The translations under genes were made by a program, and so were the position numbers. Of a DNA stretch of 64,000 nucleotides, positions 30,399 to 39,213 are shown one piece after another; the first letter of the stretch is position 1, and each line of letters starts with the position of its first letter. The notes under the pieces are model-generated. The model saw only the letters and a program-made list of their open reading frames with translations. It did no database searches and was not told the DNA's origin. Origin of the DNA: Epithemia pelagica (taxonomy: Eukaryota > Protista > Bacillariophyta); assembly GCA_946965045.2 (NCBI GenBank), contig OX337242.1, positions 2,356,001 to 2,420,000 on the forward strand, in the 5' to 3' direction.

Positions 30399-31927
30399 AA
30401 AGGGAAACCGCGCGACTCGCACGAAACTACTTCCCGGTCGTACAAAAAATTCCTACTGTAGTATAAAAATGTGAGACGAACTACCTACACAGTCTGGTAT
30501 GGAGTTAGTCTTTAACTCTAACCTTAATCTCATAAAAGGAAACATATCCCCTCGGGAAACGGCCAACCACATCTCGTTCTGCTTCGTTGTCGTCGTCCTT
30601 TCATCCACAACATACAGGGACTCCATCTTCCGAAACACCACCACACCCGCAGGATCATCATCATCATCATGAATTCTGGTTTGCATCTAGGAATTGCACA
30701 ACTGCACCCGAGTGCTGCCTCCTGGAGTACGACGACGCAACCAAGTGGTGGTAATTCAGGAGGAACAGGACCCTGTCATTCTCGTCTCACCTGTGTACAG
30801 CAACATCGGCAGTCCGACTGCCATCCAAGGAGGAGCTCATTGTAGTACTTCTGCCGCAATTGGTTTTGGTCATTGTCGTCGGGCGGTGGAACCATTTCCA
30901 GTTTGACCACTGAACTTTCCACGCCCACCTGTTGCTCTTGGTGGGGTTTGACTGTTGTGTTCATTCCTCGTCCAAACAGTTGATTGTTGCTTTGATTCGT
31001 TGGTTGATTGATCGGTCGGTTTGCTGTGCTGGTGCAGTTGATTGGTGCTTTGAGGCAAGTCTTAATTGCTGTCATTGTCTCGTTTGGTGGTGCGTGTTGC
31101 GTATGCTGCCGTTGTTGCTGCAAACAGTTCATTTGGATTTATCGATGCGTTTGTTTTCGCTGTAAGGCTGTATTGACAGCGGCCGTTGCCGTGGCGGCTT
31201 ATGTTGCGATTCTCCCTCCAAAGTATATAGTATTGTTCTCTTGCGTCAAAGCGAAGCATGGTAAGGCTCAGGAATGAGGTATCGAAAAGATTATGTGTAT
31301 TGTTTCTTCTCCGTCTCACAAGTCCATTTTTTAGAGACATGTTCTCACAGTCCGTTGATCATGCGATACGTAAACCTCAGACGATGATCACATGGCAGTA
31401 ACACGTGGATCGTTCATCAAAGTCCAATCGAAGCACACTGGATACTATCACTCATCGGAAGAGAAACAACTGGGTGGTGGATGCGGTCAGCAAATTGTCA
31501 CCTTTCAAAAGAACCGCTCCGTACCCCACAGGTCAAGAAGGGACCGACGGACGAACGAAGAAGAAGAATGACGTGGCTCCCTACGAGACTTCTCGGGACA
31601 CGTCAGGAAGTTTGGTTGGGTGAAGTTAGAAGATACTTCCCAACCAATATCGAACGAACGATGATTTCATAAGTTGACGAAAAGAAGCAACCTCAACGCA
31701 AGCACGGATCTGATCACCCAGTGTTTCTTTGTGGTTCTCTTTTTTGTTTTCTTTTTTGCTCCCTGTCGATCGTGCCAACCACTCTTACGTTCTGTGTTCT
31801 CTCTTGACACGATGAAGTTTGATTGGGTCGGGACTTCGGAATCCTCGCCCTCTGTGGGGTCGTCAGGTGAGTCTGTTAGTGTTGTACGATTCACGGAAGA
31901 GTAAAGTCAAGGCAGACCGGCGACCCC

Positions 31928-34915
31928 GTGCTCCTTAACCGGAAGATGGACTGGAAAGAGGACAGGCGCAAAGAACACATTCTCCCTAGTGTATTTTCCC
32001 CCACCGGTTTAGTCTCTCGTCGTCTTGGTACGCGGGAGCTCGCGTTGGCGATGGATTTTCCCGCCGAACTGAGCAAGAAAGCGACGGAAGATGAGTTGTC
32101 ATGTTGGATTGACCGTATTGGACCACCGTTCAAGTCTCGAATACAAGTTGCCCATTTGTTGCGTAAATTCCGAGAGGAAGAAGGAAAAACAGAAATGGAT
32201 GTGAAGCAGCCGCCGAGCTTGAAGTTCGAAGTTCCACCAAGTAACGGTGGATTGACGACAGGGCATGGAATGACGGAGGAAGATGGAGAAATTCATTCCC
32301 CTGACGACATGGACCCCTCGTTGATCATCGAATCCAATTTGGAGGAGAGACGAGAAGACCGGAATCTGAAGGCGACCAAAGCAGACGATGCTGCCATACC
32401 GTATCATCTATGGAACGATCGCATTTTGATGCGGTACGATTTCGGCACCGCACTCGAACTCAAGAGGGCAATCGACGCTCTCGATAAGATCCGATGTGGC
32501 GCCCTGCGCTACTGGAAGCGAACTGTCGCCCATGATTTTTGGAGATGGTGGTTGCATCACAAAAGGACCATGGATACAAAATCTCAAGCGGCCTCCATCG
32601 AAGCCGGTCTGTGTGCCCTGCGACACTCGTCCCTCGCTTCATGGTGGGATTGGGATCAGGGATCGTCACCGTTTTTCTGGCGCATGCCGGAGCACAACTG
32701 GATGGTAGAAATGCGTGACGGCGTGAAGCCAATGTGGACGGGTCCTCCACCACGTTACAGAATTCCACAACGACCCAACCCTGACCCAGTGAGTCTCAGT
32801 TTAGAGAAGAAGAAAATTGGGAAAGTCAGAAAACGAGGATATATCGCGCCAAGGCCGGGTATTCTCTCACTCACAAGCTTCTTCTCCGTCCCAAAGGGTG
32901 AGAGCGACATCCGTATGGTTTACGACGGAACCAAGAGTGGACTGAACGGTGTTCTACACGCCCCTTGGTTCGGTCTAGCCACCGTGGAAACAATGCTCCG
33001 GTCAGTTGAGGCCTGTACCTGGTCGGCTGACAACGACTTCGGAGAAATGTTCTTAAATTTCTGGCTTCATCCGGAAATTCGCAAATATACGGGTGTAGAT
33101 CTCACCTCGCTTTTCCCTGAGGAACTCGAAGACGGAAGAAAGACCAAGAAATGGGAAACCTGGGTACGGTGCGCGATGGGAGTTACAGTGTCGCCGTACC
33201 AAACCACCCAATGTTCCCAAAGAGTGAAGAGAATCGTATTCGGTTGTCGGTTTGATGATTCAAACATTTTTCAGTGGGCAGAGGTCCGTCTGAATCTACC
33301 AGGCAATGAAAATTATGATCCATCAAAGCCCTGGATTTCAAAAGTCAGAAAGGACGGAAGAATCGCCGTAGACGTTCACACTTATGTGGACGACCTGCGG
33401 GAGACCGCGCCAACAAAAGAAGAAGCATGGCTTGCTGCAAGTGCCATGGCGAAAGGGTCTGCCTATTTTGGACTCCAGGATGCCGCGAGAAAGAGACGAC
33501 CTCCCAGCAAGACACCAGGCGCTTGGGCAGGCGCAGTTGTTGAAACATGCGAAAATGCCGTTTACAAAACGGTTTCCCAGGAACGATGGGACAAGACAAG
33601 AAAGCACGTTCGCACACTTCAAGGGTGGGCGAACTCTGACGACAAGATCGATCGAAAGGAGTTAGAACGTATTCGTGGATTCTTGGTATACGTCTCTCTT
33701 ACCTTTCATTGCTTGGTTCCATACTTGAAGGGAATCCACTTGACTCTAGAGTCTTGGAGACCCGACCGCGACTCCGAAGGATGGAAACTAAGGGCACGAG
33801 ACCGGGAGGAGGTCCTCCAAGACGAAGAAAAGAAAAGGGTTCTTGAAGGGGGGGCACCTGTCCAGGTTGAAAAGGCTCGAAGATTCAACGATGATATCAA
33901 GGCCATCTCTGCTCTGACAGCATCAGAAAAACCACCCAAGATTTTGGCTCGCCCCAAGCAGGGAGCACAAGCAGTCATTATATTCGGTGATGCATCCGGT
34001 GAAGGGTTCGGATCTTCAATGTGGGTATATGGATCGAACAACATCCATACCGAACACGGACTGTGGACTCGGGAATATGGAGCACGCTCTTCAAATTTTC
34101 GCGAACTCTATAACTTGATTCTGCGGCTCGAGTCGCTCGTGGCATGCGGAAAGATAGAACATGGAACGGAAATTTTTATGTTCACCGATAACTCAACGGC
34201 AGAGTCCGCCTTTTACAGAGGGACGTCGTCTTCGCTGCTGTTGTTCGAGCTCGTTCTGCGTGCAAGAAAACTGGAAATGAGAGGAAGTATATTTATGCGA
34301 GTTGTCTGGGTAGCCGGTACCAGGATGATAGACCAAGGCACCGACGGACTCTCGCGTGGGGATTTAATGACTGGAGTCATGGCCGGAAACTCGATGCTGT
34401 TTTACGTACCGCTAAACAAAACATGCGAAGAGAGACAACCAGGCATTTTAGCTTGGCTTACAACAACATGCGTCGCGAAGGAATGGAAGATTCTTCAGGC
34501 TAGCGATTGGTTTGATAAAGGATTCGAGCGAGGAAACTTTGTTTGGGCACCGCCTCCAGCCGTCGCCGATGTCGTCGTGGACCTGATCTGTGACTCGAAT
34601 CATATTCGCCCCGACAATGCTCACATCTTCGTTTGTCCTGCGCTGATGAGTAATCGCTGGCGAAAAAAGCTCGGCAAGGTGGCCGACTTCGTTTTCACCA
34701 TACCGGTTGATTGTTCATTGTGGAGCAAAGACAAGCATGAACCTCTAATTGCTGCATTTGTTTGCCCTCATCTTTCTTCCAGGCCTTGGCAGGTGTCGCG
34801 AGCGAAACAGTTATTGGATGAAACAAGAGTTGAACTGTCAAAAATGTGGACATCCAATTCCACGCCTGACGGGGGTTGTTTGCGCAAATTATGGCGCTAC
34901 ATGGGAAACAAGTAA
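31928..34915 (+). CDS. RT-RNase H polyprotein of YR element 1 (N-terminally truncated)
   Basis: ADNDFGEMFLNF, MGVTVSPY, YVDDL (RT); FGDASGEGFG, SSNFREL, FTDNST, DGLSRG (RNase H); C-terminal WAPPPA...IFVCP resembles the DIRS methyltransferase-like domain. Confidence 0.9.
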   Translation: MLLNRKMDWKEDRRKEHILPSVFSPTGLVSRRLGTRELALAMDFPAELSKKATEDELSCWIDRIGPPFKSRIQVAHLLRKFREEEGKTEMDVKQPPSLKFEVPPSNGGLTTGHGMTEEDGEIHSPDDMDPSLIIESNLEERREDRNLKATKADDAAIPYHLWNDRILMRYDFGTALELKRAIDALDKIRCGALRYWKRTVAHDFWRWWLHHKRTMDTKSQAASIEAGLCALRHSSLASWWDWDQGSSPFFWRMPEHNWMVEMRDGVKPMWTGPPPRYRIPQRPNPDPVSLSLEKKKIGKVRKRGYIAPRPGILSLTSFFSVPKGESDIRMVYDGTKSGLNGVLHAPWFGLATVETMLRSVEACTWSADNDFGEMFLNFWLHPEIRKYTGVDLTSLFPEELEDGRKTKKWETWVRCAMGVTVSPYQTTQCSQRVKRIVFGCRFDDSNIFQWAEVRLNLPGNENYDPSKPWISKVRKDGRIAVDVHTYVDDLRETAPTKEEAWLAASAMAKGSAYFGLQDAARKRRPPSKTPGAWAGAVVETCENAVYKTVSQERWDKTRKHVRTLQGWANSDDKIDRKELERIRGFLVYVSLTFHCLVPYLKGIHLTLESWRPDRDSEGWKLRARDREEVLQDEEKKRVLEGGAPVQVEKARRFNDDIKAISALTASEKPPKILARPKQGAQAVIIFGDASGEGFGSSMWVYGSNNIHTEHGLWTREYGARSSNFRELYNLILRLESLVACGKIEHGTEIFMFTDNSTAESAFYRGTSSSLLLFELVLRARKLEMRGSIFMRVVWVAGTRMIDQGTDGLSRGDLMTGVMAGNSMLFYVPLNKTCEERQPGILAWLTTTCVAKEWKILQASDWFDKGFERGNFVWAPPPAVADVVVDLICDSNHIRPDNAHIFVCPALMSNRWRKKLGKVADFVFTIPVDCSLWSKDKHEPLIAAFVCPHLSSRPWQVSRAKQLLDETRVELSKMWTSNSTPDGGCLRKLWRYMGNK

Positions 34916-36326
34916 AATGTGTAACGGTGCATGGCATGCAGCTTGTTATCGCCAACACGAGGAGGATCGCTTCCCGGTACTGGAAGCAGGAGACTTGGAC
35001 GACGCGTTGATGGATGGAGACGGACATGGCGAATTAGAGGACGATAAGGAGCGATTCACCGAAGCGAGAGATGGCGACCACTTCATGTGCCCGTTTCAAT
35101 GCGACTCGTGCACCTTTTACAACTTAAAAGGAAGATACAACCGAGTAAACGTTGAACAGGATGATCTTCTGCTTGTCTGCATCCGACGAGCGATTCTTGA
35201 CTCTTTTGGGGCGAGGGAGCGATCAACTGTCGAAAAGAACTGTCGTGAGCTAAGGAATTTGAGCGAAACGGCGAACACTCTGGGTCTGGACGAACCTCTG
35301 CCATCGAGAGGACCTTATCCTTTGGGCGATTCGCAAGGGATCGGAATCGCTTGTCTTATGCTAATGAAAACCTTAAATGCTGGGCGGAACGCAAAGCACA
35401 TACAATTTGAGACAGCGAGAAAGGTTCGATCAGTGGTGTCAAATTTCGTACACATCTTACCAGGTTTCACGGGTTGGTCGACGATGGGAGCGAGTGACAA
35501 ATCATCCTTAACGTTTTCAGCAAGCCCCACAAACAGTCTGTGGTTCAAAAGATACATGTCAGGATGCCACAAACGGATGGGGGACGTCTGGATCCCCGAC
35601 CGAGCGGTCACCTTGGAAGAAGTTCATTGTGGATTGGAAATTCTGGAAGGGGAATGGAGCAGGTTTCCCCAAGGTCAACGCCGTCTCGAGCTGGCTCTAA
35701 CAGGGGCAATGGTTGTCATTGGATTTTGCGCCGCGTTGCGAGGAGAGGAGATTCCGTTGGTGGATGTCGGGCTTGTTCGAAAGTATTGGTTTGAGGGAAT
35801 CCATTATACCAAGGCGCCGCACGTTCCTCTTGCCCTGGCTGGGCGCTTTAAGCAGACTGATGGAACGTTCCGGCTGTATATGCAACCCCTGACTGTGAGA
35901 ACGGACTCCGGCATCGAAGTGCAGAAATGGATTGAGAGATCCATTCGAGAATTGGACGTGAGGAAGATTTCAACAGGCCCGCTATTTCGTCGAACAAGCA
36001 AGAATGGAAAGATCCAAAGAGCCTTGGTAGGAGACCTGGATCATCTGTTCCATAGCTTGTGGAAACGAATCCAACACAAGCGTCCAGACATTATCCCCGA
36101 GAGTATAAAAGTCGAAGAAGAATTCAGCACTCGACGATCTCTTCGAAGAGGGGCGACGACCGTGGCCCAAAATCGTAAGATTGACACAGCTGTCATCGAG
36201 ATGAACAACCGATGGAGAAAGCACATCAAGAGCAGAGGTGTGCTTCCGGGGATGAGTATGCTTGAGCGGTACTCCGACGCCAAAGCTTCCGTGGAAGCGT
36301 TAGTGCAGTTCTCATCGGGTTTGTAA
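34749..36326 (+). CDS. Tyrosine recombinase of YR element 1 (overlaps pol in +1 frame)
   Basis: AALRGEE (catalytic Arg), RRSLRRG (HxxR position), MLERYSD (Tyr); Cys/His-rich N-terminus CQKCGHP...CNGAWHAAC. Confidence 0.85.
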   Translation: MLHLFALIFLPGLGRCRERNSYWMKQELNCQKCGHPIPRLTGVVCANYGATWETSKMCNGAWHAACYRQHEEDRFPVLEAGDLDDALMDGDGHGELEDDKERFTEARDGDHFMCPFQCDSCTFYNLKGRYNRVNVEQDDLLLVCIRRAILDSFGARERSTVEKNCRELRNLSETANTLGLDEPLPSRGPYPLGDSQGIGIACLMLMKTLNAGRNAKHIQFETARKVRSVVSNFVHILPGFTGWSTMGASDKSSLTFSASPTNSLWFKRYMSGCHKRMGDVWIPDRAVTLEEVHCGLEILEGEWSRFPQGQRRLELALTGAMVVIGFCAALRGEEIPLVDVGLVRKYWFEGIHYTKAPHVPLALAGRFKQTDGTFRLYMQPLTVRTDSGIEVQKWIERSIRELDVRKISTGPLFRRTSKNGKIQRALVGDLDHLFHSLWKRIQHKRPDIIPESIKVEEEFSTRRSLRRGATTVAQNRKIDTAVIEMNNRWRKHIKSRGVLPGMSMLERYSDAKASVEALVQFSSGL

Positions 36327-37199
36327 CAAATGAGAGATTACACACCGACGACAACAAAAGATGAGCGACAACAACACGGCGAAGCAGAAGGGATACAAGA
36401 AGGAATACTTGGACTACCGATATGGGGGAATTGGCTCGACAGAACTCTGAGGAGTTAGGTCCAGCTCGTTTGCTGTTGCCAGCTTGCCTGTCGTACTACC
36501 CAGCTGATTATCTCTCAAACGTTGACCTAGGCTTGGCAGCCCATGGAATATACGGCAAAGCACTTGTGATGATATTTCGAGGTGTCTTTGGCCCCTTACT
36601 GGGGTTTGAACATGGGATGGATGCTCGGTGGGAGGCACACTCGCACGTAACAGACAGATGCTTTCACGGGGTCCGAGTCCCGCGACATCTGGAACGAATC
36701 ACGATTCCCACCCACCCTGGGGAAGGGGGGTGGAGGGCCTAGCCCCCCCAGAGTATTGGTATGTCTAAATAGTGTACATGTTTATGCAATAGTGAGTGAG
36801 GAAGAACAGGATGGAAAAAGGATGGTTGGGAAAACGTCCATTGTGATGAAGAGTGAGGAACTAGTACCGTGGCACTCAGGCTACCTTTACCACTCATCGT
36901 CCTACCCTTCCCCACTCACTGAGCACTCACTGAGGAGTAAGTCACTCCCCACGCTCCCACTACCTAAGCCCCAAAAATTACTGTACTTAGATGTTTTATT
37001 CTAGTGTAGTGTAGGAGTTCCCATTGTGTTGGTGCATGCTGCTGTGTTCTGTGTTGTCTTGTGTCGTTCGTGGTCGGGTCGCGAGAGGAGAAGGGGATGG
37101 AAGATCTAAGTATTCTATCACACTATTTATGCGCCTCGGAGTTTGATTGGCATGCAATAATTGTGAGAAAAATGATACTCAGACATAAAGCGTTTTAAA

Positions 37200-37305
37200 T
37201 CATCCGATATAATCGGATGAGGTCACTTAAGTGACGCGGTTATTTTGAAACAATTAAGATTTACTACTGCCATATCGAAAGTAGGGCATGCTTAATTGTT
37301 TAAAA
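37200..37305. repeat. Cluster of short palindromes/hairpins
   Basis: TCATCCGAT-ATA-ATCGGATGA; GTCACTTAAGTGAC; TTTTGAAACAATTAAG ... CTTAATTGTTTAAAA. Confidence 0.9.
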
Positions 37306-37416
37306 CTAATTAGGCTCACGACTACCAAGTATCCATTCAGAGAACCGATCACTTAGGAAGACCGAAAATTACCTAGGGTGCGCTGGCACGACTCCTCGTG
37401 ACAAAGGAGGCAAACA

Positions 37417-37628
37417 TACTTTAATAGCCCCGGAGGACTCCTCGTCGCAGGGCGCTCCTCGTGGCTTAACTCCTCGTCGGGCAATAGCTTCTCGTCGTGG
37501 ACTGCCCCCTCGATCCGCTTAAGCGGATCTCACAGGGGCAGTCCACTCCTCGTCGCTATTGCCCTTCTCGGAGTTTAGCCACTCCTCACACCCTAGCTCC
37601 TCCTCGTCCACCCTCAGCTATTAAAGTA
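37417..37628. repeat. 212-nt rod-like foldback with repeated CTCCTCGT internal loops
   Basis: Nested stems 37417-28/37617-28, 37479-88/37555-64, 37499-508/37535-44, plus central 18-bp palindrome 37512-29; CTCCTCGT or variants lie between the stems on both arms. Confidence 0.9.
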
Positions 37629-38090
37629 GACTTACCACCATGTGGGTAGTAAGAGCAGCGAATCATAGCAATGAAACATGAAAACCCGTAGAAACCTGCA
37701 CATCCATGGGGTCAAGAGTCTATGCCGAAGCAGCAAGAGGTTTCAGGCGACGGGCAAGGTGATGACCGTGATTGGATTGTGCGCTGCATTGCACCCAATG
37801 CCAAGTATTGGAAGCAGGATGAGTCATTCCATTTGTTTCACTGGGACACGTCCAAATTCTGGGGTACAGCGAAGACTCTCGAATTTACCCAACACGGTGA
37901 CTCAGGGGGTGCGTCGTAAACGTTATTGCCTATTTCAGACCAACAAGATGATTGTCTACCTACTCGCTTCATGGGGCGCGAGGGAAGTATCCTAGTTCTC
38001 ATGCGATGGATGTAGGTTTTATTGATTATTCAGGCAACAAACTAATTCTGCTTTTCTGTTTTGAACCTCAACTTGTATAGTCCCTCTTCC

Positions 38091-38898
38091 TTACGTTGTT
38101 ATGAAATCAGAACCTCTAAATAAACATCTGTTGACCATCGTAAAGGTAAAAACTCGCTGCGCAAAGACAGTCGACAAGGATGGGTCCATGGGCGCCAGCG
38201 GAACTATGCCTTCCACTTGGAAGTGCAGAATCGCAAAGTCCCGGCACCCTATGTCGAAGCGCCTACAAGCCGGGTCGCCATAGAATCGGGTAATGTGCTC
38301 CTCCAGCTCCGTAATGTCAGTTTTTGTGTGGCCCTTTGTACGAACACACTCAACGTAGGAATCCACCGTTGAGTTCAAGTACAAATCCGGGCGGCGACCA
38401 GCGGTCCGTGCAGCAATTAGTTTTGGATTGAAGAGCTTGGTTGTTAGCTGACTTACTCGATGGAGTAGCAACAACAGTTCGAAAGTCAGTGCGTCTTCTA
38501 CGGCGCCACCGTGGTCGTCATAGTGTTCCCAGTGTAACTTTGGAAGAGCAAAGCAAAGCACCTGCCGCACACCCTCGACACCATGAGCGAGTTTTTCTCC
38601 GTAACGGGGGCCTGTAGCGGCCATCGATTCCGTGAACAAGTCGAAGAGCAAATGCGACACAATTCTTCCCTCAGCGTCGCAGAAGCCTTTCTTCAATAGA
38701 AACTCCATCAACATAGGTTCTTATGAGCGTACAACAGGGGGCGTAAATCTGTGGGAGGGGGCGGTGATATACGGTTCTTCATATCCATAAAATCGAGCGA
38801 TTGTCGAAATGGGCCCGAATGTAACGATGCAAATGCCTCCTTTGCCGTCTTGTTTTGCTCTTTGACGAGCGGCACCAGGAGCTCAGACAGCCGCATCA
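38091..38898 (-). pseudogene. Crinkler-like REase gene, 3' part (frameshift near 38710; interrupted by Copia)
   Basis: GRRPDLYLN...SYVECVRTK resembles a PD-(D/E)XK motif. Removing the Copia and one TSD copy restores the frame GGHIYPVMRLSELL. Confidence 0.6.
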
Positions 38899-39010
38899 AA
38901 TTACGATCGTGCGTCTAAGTGAAAAACTGAAATAGTGAGCTCTAAGCTACGCGTCCCTCATGGGTTAGCTACTCGCCCAAAATTCGCTTAATATCAGTCG
39001 CCTTTCTTGG
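38899..39010 (-). repeat. 3' LTR
   Basis: Identical to 45071-45182; preceded on the minus strand by the purine tract GAGGGGA (PPT). Confidence 0.95.
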
Positions 39011-39213
39011 TCCCCTCAAAATTGCTATGACGGACCCTCTTGATATAGTCACATTTTGCCATCTTCATACTCTATAACACATGGAATTCATCAACATTCA
39101 TCTTCTTCATTTCCTCCACACCTGCTTTAGAGCGCCCCACCTTTTATGGCGTGCAGGACGTACCCAGTCCCCTCAGTCGGGCGGGAAACGTACTCATTGT
39201 CCAATGGCTTTCC

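Larger units (their letters stand above)
31514..36868 (+). mobile_element. Tyrosine-recombinase retrotransposon (Ngaro/PAT-type), element 1; gag deleted, A-ORFs-B only
   Basis: Begins CCGCTCCGTACC...GGTCAAGAAGGGACCGACGGACGAACG (homologous to A of element 2) and ends GAGTGAGGAACTAGTACC (homologous to end of B). Encodes RT/RNase H and YR. Confidence 0.85.

Noticed and set aside
30453-31340. Short minus-strand ORFs inside the putative foldback-bounded element
   Set aside because: Fragmented, low-complexity and without recognisable motifs; cannot be called a gene.
37392-37607. CRISPR array or bacterial CsrB/RsmZ-like GGA-loop RNA
   Set aside because: Repeats are only 8 nt with 6-12 nt self-complementary spacers, there are no cas genes, and the context is eukaryotic.
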